From NCBI GenBank assembly GCA_023261485.1, contig JAHFOY010000011.1, forward strand, positions 6,763-30,762: 24,000 bases of DNA. The letters run 5' to 3'. The translations under genes were made by a program, and so were the position numbers. The notes beneath the pieces are model-generated. The model was given only the letters and a program-made list of their open reading frames with translations. It was not told the origin of the DNA and did not search any database. This DNA is from Planctomycetota bacterium (GTDB lineage Bacteria > Planctomycetota > Brocadiia > Brocadiales > Brocadiaceae). Positions 1 to 10,379 of this stretch are shown here, piece by piece. Numbering within the stretch: the first letter of the stretch is position 1; each line of letters opens with the position of its first letter.

Positions 1-550
1 CTCTAAATCTTTTTATCTGTAAATTTGTAAATGCTGAATCCTTCTCATCAGAAGAAGAACAGTGTGTGTATATGCCTTCAATGAGAAGATTTTTCATTCC
101 TTGTAGAGTCTTTACAAACTCTACGGCCTTGTCATGCTTTACACCAATACTGCCCATGCCAGTATCAACGTATATATGAACTTTTAATTTTTTATTAAAA
201 CAAGTTGCTTTATTTGATAATACCCCGGCAAGCTTCAAATCATAAACCGTAGGTATTAAGTCATAGTGAATAACCGTCTCGATTTGTTCTTCAAAGACGC
301 CACCCATAAGTAATAATGGTGTTTTTATACCTTTGTCCCTTAATTGAATTCCTTCCTCAAGGATGGCGATACCGAGCATTTCAGCGCCGTTATTTAACAA
401 AACCCTGCTAACCTCGTAGTCGCCGTGGCCATAAGCATCTGCCTTGACGATACCGAGAATTTTTATATCTGGTCCGACCCGTTTCTTTATAGCCAACAAA
501 TTATGCTTCAGGGCACCTAAGTCAATTTCAACCCACGTCGGTCTGTGCAT
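1..550 (-). CDS. alr: Alanine racemase, N-terminal about 183 codons (3' end lies beyond the window start)
   Basis: My manual translation of the minus strand from the ATG at 550-548 gives MHRPTWVEIDLGALKHNLLAIKKRVGPDIKILGIVKADAYGHGDYEV... This contains the PLP-lysine motif VKADAYGHG typical of alanine racemase. It is absent from the ORF track because no stop falls inside the window. It overlaps the bioF 3' end by 23 nt. Confidence 0.85.
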   Translation of the reverse strand, partial: MHRPTWVEIDLGALKHNLLAIKKRVGPDIKILGIVKADAYGHGDYEVSRVLLNNGAEMLGIAILEEGIQLRDKGIKTPLLLMGGVFEEQIETVIHYDLIPTVYDLKLAGVLSNKATCFNKKLKVHIYVDTGMGSIGVKHDKAVEFVKTLQGMKNLLIEGIYTHCSSSDEKDSAFTNLQIKRFR

Positions 551-1739
551 AGCCTTCCTTGAGATGTTTTACATTTCCATGAGTTAAAAATCCAATATCT
601 TTCAATGTGCTTATTAGTCTGTTAATATCCTCTTTGTTATGGGTAGCCATTAATGAAATGCGCAATCGGCTTGTACCCAAAGGTACGGTGGGAGGCCGAA
701 TTGCAGGGATCAAGATACCATTTTCATAGAGTCTTGTGGATAAATTAAGCGCATCTTCCGCTGTTCCAATAATAACGGGAACGATAGGACTTTCTCCGGA
801 AATATTGCTTATAAATTCCGACAGTTGCGACTTCAAATATCTTATATTTTCCCATAACTTATCAATAAGGGATGTATCTTCCTGGATAAGTGTCAGTCCT
901 GCCAGAGATGCGGCACATGCGGCGGGCGGCAATGATGTTGTATAAATGAAAGGTCGCGCCTTGTTTTTTAAGAAATTGACAAGATGCTTGCTTCCGGCAA
1001 TAAACCCACCGATGCTTCCAATCGCCTTACTCAATGACCCCATAATAATATCAATCTTTCCTTCGAGCCCATAGTGTTCGATCATGCCTTTCCCGTGTTG
1101 ACCAAACACTCCGGTGGCATGGGCATCGTCAACCATAATTATGGCATCGTATTTTTGGGCAATTTCTACAATTTCTGGTAGCGGGGCTGTATCGCCGTCC
1201 ATACTAAATACACTATCAGTAACCACCAACCTCCTTCGATATGTTGAAGATCTCAGCAACAAAGACTCTAATTGGCTTACATCATTGTGCGGATAAACAC
1301 GGAAAATTGCGCCTGATTGACGACAGCCGTCAATAATACTTGCATGGTTCAGTTTATCTCCAATAACTATATCTTCTCTCCCGGCTAGGGCACATATGGC
1401 GCCCACATTGGTCATATAACCAGTGGGGAACAGTAGTGCCGCCTCAGTGCCTTTGAATTCTGCAATCTTCTTTTCGAGTTCCTCGTGAAGCAGCATATTT
1501 CCGGCAACCAATCGCGATGCGCATGTACCCCATCCGTATTGATTAATAGCTGTAATGGCAGCTTGTTTTATTTTTGGGTGGTCGGCAAGGCCGAGGTAGT
1601 TGTTTGAACAGAACGAAAGATAGGATTTACCTTCTATTTGAATGTAAGGACCTTGAGCGCTTTCAATGGTTCTATAGTCACGCATCAATGCCTGCTCTCT
1701 CAATGACTTCAATTCATCTAAAATAAAATTTAGTCCCAT
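528..1739 (-). CDS. bioF: 8-amino-7-oxononanoate synthase (class II aminotransferase family)
   Basis: 403-aa ORF with typical AONS/KBL features: NNYLGL, DDAHATG, and the SLSKAIGS PLP-lysine region. bioB lies nearby, which favours BioF over KBL. Confidence 0.85.
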   Translation of the reverse strand: MGLNFILDELKSLREQALMRDYRTIESAQGPYIQIEGKSYLSFCSNNYLGLADHPKIKQAAITAINQYGWGTCASRLVAGNMLLHEELEKKIAEFKGTEAALLFPTGYMTNVGAICALAGREDIVIGDKLNHASIIDGCRQSGAIFRVYPHNDVSQLESLLLRSSTYRRRLVVTDSVFSMDGDTAPLPEIVEIAQKYDAIIMVDDAHATGVFGQHGKGMIEHYGLEGKIDIIMGSLSKAIGSIGGFIAGSKHLVNFLKNKARPFIYTTSLPPAACAASLAGLTLIQEDTSLIDKLWENIRYLKSQLSEFISNISGESPIVPVIIGTAEDALNLSTRLYENGILIPAIRPPTVPLGTSRLRISLMATHNKEDINRLISTLKDIGFLTHGNVKHLKEGYAQTDVG

Positions 1740-1832
1740 TGAATAGACGTTTCCTTGATTTTATATTATACCGTTGTTTATAATGGTTTTTTCAAACACA
1801 TTTTATAAACTACAGATTATAAAGACTGTTAT

Positions 1833-2108
1833 ATGGATACTATTCACAAGACCACGAGAAGGCGTAGACACAGAAGGAAATTATTTACTGCCAGGAGCAT
1901 ATCAGCATTCACATTTCTTTTGGCGATATCCGCCCTTACTGCGTTTATTATAACCAATCCTCTCGCAAATTTTTATACAGCAACGTACACACTGCTTATG
2001 TATCTTCTCACCATATGCGGATCTCTTTTAATTATTTTCATCGTGTTCTTTGGGTTCATCGTCAAATCTATTCGGTTCATGGGGAAAATGTTTCAAAAAC
2101 ACAGATGA
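1833..2108 (+). CDS. Small hypothetical membrane protein (basic N-terminus, two hydrophobic helices)
   Basis: 91-aa ORF with an RRRRHRRK N-terminus followed by two long hydrophobic stretches. I recognise no family. Confidence 0.4.
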   Translation: MDTIHKTTRRRRHRRKLFTARSISAFTFLLAISALTAFIITNPLANFYTATYTLLMYLLTICGSLLIIFIVFFGFIVKSIRFMGKMFQKHR

Positions 2109-2140
2109 TTATTTATCTCTTTCTTCCATAGGGGCCATGT

Positions 2141-2575
2141 ATGAAACCTATCTGTCATTTGGGTGTATCGATTATAACAGGTGTAGTTACATTTCTCATA
2201 ACAAAGACAATTTCCCCCAGTATTGCATGTTTCCTGGCTGGGTGGCTTGTGGATGTTGACCATATATGGGATTTTTATAAAAACTCCGGTAAAGATTTTA
2301 ACGTAAAAAGGTTTGTCAATGCATTTCAAAACGGGGAAGTAAAAAAGGCCTATTTGTACCTCCATAGTTATGAGCTTTTATTCACGCTGGCGCTTTTGTG
2401 TTTTTTTACTCATTTTAACCACCTTTTGTCTTTTACTACTTTGGGGTTCGCAGTCCATTTATTGTTTGACCAGATATTTAATCCCGTAAAACCGCTTACT
2501 TATTTTATTACCTATAGAATATTAAATAGCTATAATGCAGATGTCGTTTTTACGCACTTGACAAAAATATCTTGA
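2141..2575 (+). CDS. Membrane protein resembling the YdjM/DUF457 membrane-bound metal-dependent hydrolase family
   Basis: 144-aa ORF with several hydrophobic helices and conserved-looking His/Asp positions (CHLG, VDVDH, LHSYE, AVHLLFDQ) arranged as in DUF457. The assignment is by eye only. Confidence 0.5.
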   Translation: MKPICHLGVSIITGVVTFLITKTISPSIACFLAGWLVDVDHIWDFYKNSGKDFNVKRFVNAFQNGEVKKAYLYLHSYELLFTLALLCFFTHFNHLLSFTTLGFAVHLLFDQIFNPVKPLTYFITYRILNSYNADVVFTHLTKIS

Positions 2576-2643
2576 TTGTATAGGATTTTCATTTTATTTA
2601 TGCGGTTGTAGAGCGAAGAGCCTCCTCGCTCTACATTGAAAAG
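2573..2643 (+). repeat. Copy A of a ~70-nt dispersed hairpin element (partner at 19289..19358, inverted)
   Basis: tgattgtataggattttcattttatttatgcggttgtagagcgaagagcctcctcgctctacattgaaaag. It is about 90% identical to the reverse complement of 19289..19358. The internal hairpin gtagagcga/tcgctctac lies at 2608..2634. The TGA at 2573-2575 is the stop of ORF 2141..2575. Confidence 0.85.
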
Positions 2644-2676
2644 CCGCCCACGTTATCCTTGCAACTCGTTCGGTCG

Positions 2677-3660
2677 TTAGGAGGTTTGTAATTCCAAATG
2701 GAGATCCTTTATCATTTCTAAATCATCTTCGACCTTTCTTCCCTTTGTAGTCAGGTAGTTCCCAATCATGGTGCTATTGGCGCCCGCATAAAACATCCAT
2801 GATTGTAAATCCCGAAGTTTTTTTTCCCGTCCACCTGCAATCTTGATTTCCTTGTCAGGCAAAACGAATCGAAATACAGAAATAATTTTTAATGCCTCCA
2901 TAGGTGACAATGGAATACCACTCTCCAATGGTGTACCAGAAACAGGATGCAGGAAATTAAGCGGGACGACATCGACATCCAAATTCTTCAAGGTAAATGC
3001 AAGATCAATACGATCCTCTAGCCCTTCTCCAATACCAAAAATTGCGCCGCTGCATATTTCCAACCCGACTTCTTTGGCAGCACAAATGGTATTTATTCTG
3101 TCAGTAAACGTATGTGTTGAACATATGTTTGGGAAAAACCTCTCAGATGTTTCTAAATTATGATTAAGTCTTTTAAGTCCGCATTTTACTAAAGATTCGG
3201 CCATTTCCTTCGTCAATATCCCAAAAGAGCCGTGCGGATGGATACAGGTGTCCGTAACGACTGTTTTTATTGTCCTGCAAATTTTATCAAGGTCATCAGA
3301 ATTGCCTATACTATATCCACTGGTAACGATACCAATGGAGTTAGAACCCGCTTGCTCCGCGCATTTCGCAACATCAAGTATCCTGTTTGTGTCAATAAGT
3401 GGAAATTCTTCTATATCGGTGTGGTAACGTGAGGATTGAGAACAAAAACTACAATCTTCCGTGCATTGTCCCTGTTTTGCGCTAACAATGGAACATGCCT
3501 TTACAGAATGACCAAAATACCTCAAGCGTATTTGATTTGCCCAATAAAATAAATCATAGACTGCATCACCATCAATTTGCATTAGGTAAAGGGCATCATC
3601 ACGGCTGATGGGCTTGTTCTGTAAGGATCGGCCTGCAATCTGTTTTATTTTGTCATTCAT
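2677..3660 (-). CDS. bioB: Biotin synthase (radical SAM)
   Basis: 327-aa ORF with the CTEDCSFC (CxxxCxxC) radical SAM motif and overall BioB-like sequence (YFGHSV, GIVTSG, NHNLETS). Confidence 0.9.
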   Translation of the reverse strand: MNDKIKQIAGRSLQNKPISRDDALYLMQIDGDAVYDLFYWANQIRLRYFGHSVKACSIVSAKQGQCTEDCSFCSQSSRYHTDIEEFPLIDTNRILDVAKCAEQAGSNSIGIVTSGYSIGNSDDLDKICRTIKTVVTDTCIHPHGSFGILTKEMAESLVKCGLKRLNHNLETSERFFPNICSTHTFTDRINTICAAKEVGLEICSGAIFGIGEGLEDRIDLAFTLKNLDVDVVPLNFLHPVSGTPLESGIPLSPMEALKIISVFRFVLPDKEIKIAGGREKKLRDLQSWMFYAGANSTMIGNYLTTKGRKVEDDLEMIKDLHLELQTS

Positions 3661-3707
3661 TATGTTCAGTCATTTAGCCACGAATGAACACGAAGTTGTG
3701 GTTAAAA

Positions 3708-4724
3708 TTATTTATTTTTATATTTCAAATAGGCATTGCGGACATTCTGCCAAACAATTTCAGGACGTTCAGACCTAACATACGTCATACAATCCGTCCC
3801 TTCGAAGCTCCACGTGGCAATATTCCGAATGCCTGTGTCATAAGCAACATCTACAGCCGTAAGAATTTCCGCCTCTCTATTTGCCGGGACCCTATAGCCC
3901 TGTATCCAGATTTGGGGTTCCTTGTTATATTTTTTTGAAAGCGCCAGCACTTCGTTGGACACCCTGCGCACGAACTCCGTTACGTCCTGTTTATAGGCAT
4001 ACCAATAAGGGTCGCTTCCAAAGACATCCATACTCTTAATCATAGCGACCTTTTCCCATTCATAGATACCATACCGCGGATCGGTAGTTGGAAATAAACA
4101 GACAGAATTCTTCAGTCCCTTCTTTGCTGCGTCACTTGCCATGCATTCCAGGAAGTTAACAATAGTCATCTGACGGAAAGCCTTCACATCATCCGTAAAA
4201 TCAATCGGCATCTCATAGCCGTACTTCTCTTTGAAAATATCCTTACACACCTCGCAGGTGCACCCCCAGATATCCCTCTTTTTACCTCCAAACAGGGGTG
4301 TAAATTCGCCAAAAAACAAATGAGGCTCATCCCAAAATACGCCTTCGGCGCCTGTTTTTACCGCAAGTTCGATCCATTCGACCATTTTGTCCCGAAAAGT
4401 TTTTGAATTCAAACACGCCTTGTATACCTTCATCTCGCCCTCAGGGAAATTTAATCGCTGCCTGCAGTTGGGATATGTCTTTACAAAAGTAGAAAACGAT
4501 TCCCCGCCAAATACGCGCCCCACACCCCACGGATCAAGAAAAACCTCAAGTCCAATATCACGACTTGCCTTCACAATATCAACCATCGTCCCGGAATGGT
4601 ATGTAATATCATGTTCACTCATGGTGTGGACGACGAAATTGCATCCGTCATCAATCATCTTTTTCATGTCTTCCCGAACATGACGTAATATCCGATTCCC
4701 AAAATAACTTGCTCCGAGTTTCAT
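3708..4724 (-). CDS. Hypothetical protein, possibly a TIM-barrel glycoside-hydrolase-like fold
   Basis: 338-aa ORF on the same strand as bioB, ending 47 nt upstream of it. Motifs such as GVFWDEPH and DPWGVGR suggest a (beta/alpha)8 hydrolase, but I cannot name a family. Confidence 0.55.
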   Translation of the reverse strand: MKLGASYFGNRILRHVREDMKKMIDDGCNFVVHTMSEHDITYHSGTMVDIVKASRDIGLEVFLDPWGVGRVFGGESFSTFVKTYPNCRQRLNFPEGEMKVYKACLNSKTFRDKMVEWIELAVKTGAEGVFWDEPHLFFGEFTPLFGGKKRDIWGCTCEVCKDIFKEKYGYEMPIDFTDDVKAFRQMTIVNFLECMASDAAKKGLKNSVCLFPTTDPRYGIYEWEKVAMIKSMDVFGSDPYWYAYKQDVTEFVRRVSNEVLALSKKYNKEPQIWIQGYRVPANREAEILTAVDVAYDTGIRNIATWSFEGTDCMTYVRSERPEIVWQNVRNAYLKYKNK

Positions 4725-5193
4725 GTTGGGCTATGTTAACCTTATAAATGTATTATGTCAAGAAAATCCATTTCGATGACTGTTTTTTGCTTGCGCAGGA
4801 ATAATGAAATTGTTATTATAACGCCAAATTTAATCAAGGCTCTGCCATGTACGTGTTTCGAGGCATTGTTTTTAAGGACCTATAACAATAATTTGGGAAC
4901 CCGTCTTTGCTAGTAGGCGTACAATTCTCAATGAAGAAAGGTACAAGACTATCATGGGGTAGACCACCGTGAATACGGGTCCAAAAGATAGTCTCCCACG
5001 GCATTGCGGTGGAGCCTTAACTCTTATCTTCCAAATACTTCCGTAACATACGTATAACCCAATTTACACGATCAAAAGTCTGTCCTTTCACAAGTTCCGT
5101 ATTTCCTTGAATTAACATAGTCAAATTTATATAATATTTTTTACATAATCAAGGAACCTTATTCTATATTTTATTGTTTCATAAACCAGGAAA

Positions 5194-5793
5194 TTGCTAA
5201 CAATGAGGGAAGAAAACAACAGAAAGAAAGAGTTTGAAGATATTGCTATGGAACATATCGATTCCCTCTATAGCATGGCAATACGGCTGGTATTCAATAA
5301 GGAGGCGGCTGAAGACCTTGTCCAGGAAACGTATTTAAAAGCATATCGTTTTTTCGATACTTTCCAAAAAGGGACAAACATAAAGGCATGGCTTTTTAAA
5401 ATCCTTCGGAATACCTTTATAAATAAGTATAGGAAGACGGTTAATTTACCGAGTGAAATTTTTTACGAAGATGTCGAATCGGTTAATTCAAAGCTATCTT
5501 ATAAACAGGAAAGCGATTCTGCAGAATTAACAGACACTTTAGAAAGTAAATATAACGACCTTGGCAATTTAATGGATGATGATGTTAAGCACGCAATAGA
5601 TAGCCTGCCAATTGAATACAAAGAAGCTATCTTGCTTTCAGACGTAGAAGAATTATCTTATAATGATATTGCAGAAATTACAAACGTGCCGATTGGAACA
5701 ATAAAATCAAGACTGAACAGGGGCAGAAAGTTGCTCCAAAAAAGTTTATGGGAATATGCCAAAGATAGAGGTTTTATTAAGAGAGGGAAATGA
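5194..5793 (+). CDS. ECF-type RNA polymerase sigma-70 family factor
   Basis: Region 2 (LVQETYLKAYRFFDTF...AWLFKILRNTFINKYRK) and region 4 HTH (YNDIAEITNVPIGTIKSRLNRGRKLL) are present. The track start is TTG at 5194; an ATG at 5203 is an alternative start. Confidence 0.9.
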   Translation: MLTMREENNRKKEFEDIAMEHIDSLYSMAIRLVFNKEAAEDLVQETYLKAYRFFDTFQKGTNIKAWLFKILRNTFINKYRKTVNLPSEIFYEDVESVNSKLSYKQESDSAELTDTLESKYNDLGNLMDDDVKHAIDSLPIEYKEAILLSDVEELSYNDIAEITNVPIGTIKSRLNRGRKLLQKSLWEYAKDRGFIKRGK

Positions 5794-6626
5794 TGGTTTG
5801 CATTGAAGCAATTAAACACCTTTACGAGTTTCTGGATAGGGAAGTAGATAAATCTCAATATCTGATCATTAAAGAGCACATTGATAACTGTTTTGAATGC
5901 CGCCAAAGATACGAATTTGAAAAGGGCGTTCGATCTTTAGTAAAGGCATTTTGCGTAAATACCACAGCCCCGGCATACCTCCGTAATAAAATCATCGAAG
6001 GTCTCGGCTCTGTTGATGCAGAAATATCAGAAAATAAAGATATACAGGCTATTTCTGAGCAGAAAGTAACACGTGCGCTATTTTCACCCCGTTTGTATGC
6101 AATAGCAGCATCCATTCTTCTTTTGATAGCGGGTGGCGTTTTTTATTACGCCAATTATTATAATTATGATAACGATTACACGTCTATTGTCGATAACGCC
6201 GTAAAAAATCATGTCGTAGCGGTAAATGACAATCTGGTATTTAATGAAAAAACCTCGGTTGTAGGCAATGTAAATAAATATCTCGGCAATACCATAAATA
6301 CCAATCTTGGCAATTCGTCTCCTTTACTCACTGCAGAGCGAGTCAGTATCGCAGGCGGCATACCGGTAAAATTCTGTGGAACAAGCAGTCCCTGTGTTGT
6401 TTTCGACAAGGGGGGCAATAAACTTTCACTCCAAATTATACGCAACAGCGGTTTACCCATCAGAAATCTTGAAAGAACACGACTCGGTCTCAAAGAATTT
6501 TATATAGGAAATTGCCAGGGATTTAATTCCGTAATATGGGAAGAAGACGGTTCAACTTATTGCCTCACCTCAGACATCAATAAAAACGAAATTCTACGCT
6601 TTGCCGCAACGCTCACATCCCGATGA
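5790..6626 (+). CDS. Anti-sigma factor, zinc-binding (ZAS-type) with one transmembrane helix
   Basis: ATGA overlap with the sigma gene stop indicates translational coupling. There is an N-terminal HxxxCxxC motif (HIDNCFEC) and a central hydrophobic helix (LYAIAASILLLIAGGVFYY). Confidence 0.75.
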   Translation: MMVCIEAIKHLYEFLDREVDKSQYLIIKEHIDNCFECRQRYEFEKGVRSLVKAFCVNTTAPAYLRNKIIEGLGSVDAEISENKDIQAISEQKVTRALFSPRLYAIAASILLLIAGGVFYYANYYNYDNDYTSIVDNAVKNHVVAVNDNLVFNEKTSVVGNVNKYLGNTINTNLGNSSPLLTAERVSIAGGIPVKFCGTSSPCVVFDKGGNKLSLQIIRNSGLPIRNLERTRLGLKEFYIGNCQGFNSVIWEEDGSTYCLTSDINKNEILRFAATLTSR

Positions 6627-6751
6627 CCCTCAGATTTATTAATAACCTGTGACAACCCTATGCCCATGTAAACCCACCCACAATATGAACCCATCACCAC
6701 CGTCACATAAATCACTCGCGAGGCTAATTCTAAGAAATTTATTCCCGTAAA

Positions 6752-7417
6752 TTGAACATGCACACCACTGAAATGAACATATACGACGTTACACTTACCA
6801 TCTCGGATAAACTTATCACATGGCCTTCCGACCCCATAGTCTCCATTCGAAAAACACGCTTGATTTCTCAGGGCAATTCCTGTAATGTATCCGAATTAAA
6901 ATTTGGCTCGCATTGCGGAACCCATATTGATGCTCCGTATCACTTTGAAGAAAACGGTATCAGGATTGATCAAATTCCTTTAGATTTCCTTACAGGAAAT
7001 GCAACGGTATTTGACATAAAAAATAAAGAAAAGATTGATTTAGAGGATGTAAAACCATTACAATTAAAAGATAAAAAACGGGTTATTTTTAAGACTGTTA
7101 ACTCTACCTATTGGAAACTTCCGGAATTTAAAAAAGACTTTGTTTATATTACAAAAGAAGCTGCCCGGCATTTGGTAGAGAGTGGTGTAAAGGTTGTAGG
7201 AATAGATTATCTTTCTGTTGAAAAATTTGGAAATAAACCCGCCGACACCCACCACATATTTCTGAGAAATGGCGTTGTCCTTATCGAAGGGCTTGATTTA
7301 AGCAAGGTAAAAGCCGGAGACTACGAGCTAATTGCTTTGCCATTAAAAATAAAGGATTGTGATGGCAGCCCGGCGCGGGTAATTTTGAGGAGTATGCCAG
7401 AACATATCAAGTTGTAA
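6752..7417 (+). CDS. Putative cyclase / kynurenine formamidase-like protein
   Basis: The GSHCGTHIDAPYHF motif (HxGTHxDxPxH) is characteristic of the putative cyclase family. The start is uncertain: TTG at 6752, or ATG at 6758 or 6773. Confidence 0.75.
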   Translation: MNMHTTEMNIYDVTLTISDKLITWPSDPIVSIRKTRLISQGNSCNVSELKFGSHCGTHIDAPYHFEENGIRIDQIPLDFLTGNATVFDIKNKEKIDLEDVKPLQLKDKKRVIFKTVNSTYWKLPEFKKDFVYITKEAARHLVESGVKVVGIDYLSVEKFGNKPADTHHIFLRNGVVLIEGLDLSKVKAGDYELIALPLKIKDCDGSPARVILRSMPEHIKL

Positions 7418-7479
7418 CTAAAAGTAAGAATATCAAAATAATAAGTTTAAAAATACGGAAGATAGGAGGTATGTAGCTC

Positions 7480-8028
7480 TTGATTGAAATAAGGGTTCAT
7501 GGACGCGGGGGGCAGGGCTCTGTAACAGCGGCGGAATTATTAGGTTTTGCTGCACACAGCGACGGGAAATATGCCCAGGCATTTCCATCGTTTGGTTCTG
7601 AAAGAATGGGTGCGCCGGTTCAGGCATTTGTAAGGATCAGTGACAAGCCCATTCGCATCCGAAGCCAGGTGTATAAACCTAACTATGTTATTGTGCAAGA
7701 CCCTACTTTACTGGAGGTAATTAATGTATTGGACGGGTTACATGAAGACGGATTATTGCTAATCAACTCCAAGAAAAAAGCTGCAGAGCTGGGTATTAAT
7801 ACGAAGGTTAGAGTAAAAACTATCCCGGCTATGGAAATTGCCATGGAAGTGATTGGACGACCCATTATGAACACCACCCTGCTCGGTGCGTTTGCCGCGG
7901 CTACAGGGGAAATCAGTTTAGATGGTATCAAAAAGGCAATTCATCATAAGTTTCCGGGCTCGGTTGGAGAAAAGAATATTGCCGCCGTACTAAAGGCGTT
8001 TGATTTTATAAAAAAGGAGTCATTATGA
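7480..8028 (+). CDS. porG: 2-oxoacid (pyruvate-type):ferredoxin oxidoreductase, gamma subunit
   Basis: N-terminus MIEIRVHGRGGQGSVTAAELL is typical of gamma subunits. It is the first gene of a gamma-delta-alpha-beta operon with overlapping stops and starts. An AGGAGG lies about 10 nt upstream of the TTG start. Confidence 0.85.
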   Translation: MIEIRVHGRGGQGSVTAAELLGFAAHSDGKYAQAFPSFGSERMGAPVQAFVRISDKPIRIRSQVYKPNYVIVQDPTLLEVINVLDGLHEDGLLLINSKKKAAELGINTKVRVKTIPAMEIAMEVIGRPIMNTTLLGAFAAATGEISLDGIKKAIHHKFPGSVGEKNIAAVLKAFDFIKKESL

Positions 8029-8285
8029 GATTAGATTTAGGCGCTATTGCGAAGGCTGGTACCAGCAAGGCTAATCAAACCGGGAGTTGGAGGAATTATA
8101 AACCAATATTTCACCAGGTAAAATGTATTGGCTGTGGCCTTTGTAAAATCTATTGTCCCGAAGGTTGTGTTACCATGATAGAAAAAAAGAAATACACGGT
8201 CGATTATACATACTGCAAAGGTTGTGGGATTTGTGCCGAGGAATGCTCTTCAAGCGACATCGAAATGATAGTGGAGGAGAAGTAA
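8025..8285 (+). CDS. porD: 2-oxoacid:ferredoxin oxidoreductase, delta subunit (2x[4Fe-4S] ferredoxin)
   Basis: Two CxxCxxCxxxCP-type motifs are present (CIGCGLCKIYCP and CKGCGICAEEC). It has an ATGA overlap with porG. Confidence 0.85.
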   Translation: MRLDLGAIAKAGTSKANQTGSWRNYKPIFHQVKCIGCGLCKIYCPEGCVTMIEKKKYTVDYTYCKGCGICAEECSSSDIEMIVEEK

Positions 8286-9460
8286 TGAGTACTACATTTA
8301 TCGAGGGCTCCATCGCAGTAGCCAAGACCGTGGGTGTCTGCAGGCCGCACGTAATTTCGGCTTACCCTATCACACCGCAAACCCATATTGTAGAACATCT
8401 TTCAGAATTGGTGGCTGACGGAGAGATCAAGGCAGAATATGTCAATGTGGAAAGCGAACACTCCGCCGCATCGGTAGTTCTGGGATCCAGTGCTACAGGG
8501 GCGAGGACGTACACCGCCACCACTTCTCAGGGATTTTTGCTCATGATCGAAGTGCTTTTCAATATTGCCGGGATGCGGCTTCCCGTCGTCATGACCTGCG
8601 TTAACCGCGCCGTGTCTGCCCCAATTAATATCTGGAATGACCAGCAGGATTCCTTAACAGCCCGCGACAGCGGCTGGATACAACTTTATGCCGAAGATAA
8701 CCAGGAAGCAAGCGACATGCACTTGCAGGCATTCAAAATTGCTGAGAATAAAGACATCATGCTCCCTGTCATGGTATGCATGGATGGCTTTGTGCTCACC
8801 CATTCATTTGATCCGGTAGAGCTTATTTCTCAGGAGCAGGCGGACAAATTTCTGCCGCCGTTTAAACCAGAATATTATCTGACACCGAAAAATCCGCTTA
8901 CCCTCGGCACTATGGTAGGTCCTGATGGATACATGGAAACACGCTATTTTATTGAGAAAACAATGCATGCCTCGTTGCAGGTTATCAGCGACGTAGCAGC
9001 CGATTTTCATAACCAATTCGGACGTTTTCAGGGCGGCCTTATTGATACTTATAAGGTAGAAGATGCTACCCTCGTATTGGTAGCGATGGGTTCGATTATT
9101 GGCACAATAAAAGATATTGTGGATGAGCTCAGGGCAAAGGGACAAAAAGTCGGCGTCCTCAAGGTACGTTCATACCGCCCATTTCCAAAAGACGAAATCT
9201 ACAAGGCATTAAGCCACGTCAAAGAGATTGGCGTGGTGGAAAAGGCCGTTTCATTAGGTTACGGCGGCATTCTGGTAAATGAAATAAAGAGCGTATTCTA
9301 CGGTAAACCCAAAACCCCGAAGATCAATGGATTCATTCTGGGGCTGGGCGGCCGGGACATTACCGCAGACACCATACATCAGGTCATCAAAGAAACCGTA
9401 AAGGCCGCATCTGAAGAAAAATTTGTTGGTCTCAACGAAGCATTAATTGGAGGTAAATAA
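8285..9460 (+). CDS. porA: 2-oxoacid:ferredoxin oxidoreductase, alpha subunit
   Basis: I start it at the ATG of the TAATG overlap with the porD stop ([16 protein letters not shown]...YPITPQT...), not at the track start 8153, which would lie in another frame of porD. Confidence 0.85.
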   Translation: MSTTFIEGSIAVAKTVGVCRPHVISAYPITPQTHIVEHLSELVADGEIKAEYVNVESEHSAASVVLGSSATGARTYTATTSQGFLLMIEVLFNIAGMRLPVVMTCVNRAVSAPINIWNDQQDSLTARDSGWIQLYAEDNQEASDMHLQAFKIAENKDIMLPVMVCMDGFVLTHSFDPVELISQEQADKFLPPFKPEYYLTPKNPLTLGTMVGPDGYMETRYFIEKTMHASLQVISDVAADFHNQFGRFQGGLIDTYKVEDATLVLVAMGSIIGTIKDIVDELRAKGQKVGVLKVRSYRPFPKDEIYKALSHVKEIGVVEKAVSLGYGGILVNEIKSVFYGKPKTPKINGFILGLGGRDITADTIHQVIKETVKAASEEKFVGLNEALIGGK

Positions 9461-9464
9461 ATTC

Positions 9465-10379
9465 ATGTCTACCACAACACTGACTGCCCCGAAGGAACAA
9501 TCATGCACGCTTTTGGCATCAGGCCATACCGCCTGTACCGGATGCGGCGAGGCACTTGCCGCAAAACTCGTACTGGGCGCAGCAGGTTCTGATATAATCG
9601 TAACCGATGCTACAGGATGCCTGGAAGTATTCACTACAAGATTTCCGCAATCATCATGGGAAGTCCCTTTTATCCACTCGTTATTCGAAAATTCGGCTGC
9701 TGTTGCCTCAGGTGTAGAAGTGGCCTTAAAGGCGCTGGGCAGGCAAAATGAGGCAAAGGTTATTGCGCAGGGTGGCGACGGCGGGACGGCAGACATTGGA
9801 TTACAGGCGCTCAGTGGCATGTTAGAAAGGGGACATGATATTCTTTACGTCTGTTACGATAATGAAGCATACATGAATACCGGCGTACAGCGCAGCGGTT
9901 TAACCCCATTTGACTGCATGACGACGACCAGCCCTTGCGGTGAACTTTCCTGGGGAAATAAACACAACAAAAAAGACATGCCCTCCATTGCTGCCGCACA
10001 CGGTATTCCTTACGTTGCAACGGCCTCAGTGGCATTTCCAAAAGACATTGAAAACAAGGTAAAAAAAGCCCTTTCGATAACCGGTCCAAAATATATGCAA
10101 ATCCACTCCCCATGCCCACTCGGATGGAGATCAAATCCTCAACTCACCATCAAAGTAGCTAAATTAGCCGTACAGACGGGACTCTATCCCATCTTCGAAA
10201 TGGAAAACGGCAAGGTAACAAAAGTGAGAAAAGTCACCACTCCAAAAACCCCGGTAGAAGAATATCTGAAAATTCAGGGACGCTTCGCCCATCTCTTCAA
10301 GTCACCGAAGGGAAAGGAAGAGATACAGAAGATACAGGAGATCGCAGACAGAAACGTAGAAAAGTATGGATTGGCATAG
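9465..10379 (+). CDS. porB: 2-oxoacid:ferredoxin oxidoreductase, beta subunit (TPP-binding)
   Basis: GHTACTGCG and [10 protein letters not shown] (TPP-binding GDG) motifs are present. I prefer the ATG at 9465, which has GGAGG upstream, over the TTG at 9447. Confidence 0.85.
   Translation: MSTTTLTAPKEQSCTLLASGHTACTGCGEALAAKLVLGAAGSDIIVTDATGCLEVFTTRFPQSSWEVPFIHSLFENSAAVASGVEVALKALGRQNEAKVIAQGGDGGTADIGLQALSGMLERGHDILYVCYDNEAYMNTGVQRSGLTPFDCMTTTSPCGELSWGNKHNKKDMPSIAAAHGIPYVATASVAFPKDIENKVKKALSITGPKYMQIHSPCPLGWRSNPQLTIKVAKLAVQTGLYPIFEMENGKVTKVRKVTTPKTPVEEYLKIQGRFAHLFKSPKGKEEIQKIQEIADRNVEKYGLA

Noticed and set aside
1740-1832. Looked for a BirA/biotin operator palindrome upstream of bioF (for example accgttgtttataatggt).
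   Set aside because: Only 6 of 9 positions are palindromic and it does not match the TGT-A/T-ACC-type half-sites I remember. I cannot support it.
2608-2634. Hairpin of the 70-nt element (also at 19298..19324) considered as a Rho-independent terminator.
   Set aside because: No T/U-run follows the stem on either strand in either copy. I describe it as a repeat element rather than a terminator.
8153-8284. 5' extension of the porA ORF as given in the track (start 8153).
   Set aside because: The extension overlaps porD in another frame and encodes a non-homologous sequence. The TAATG junction at 8285 gives the canonical alpha-subunit N-terminus (MSTTFIEGS...).
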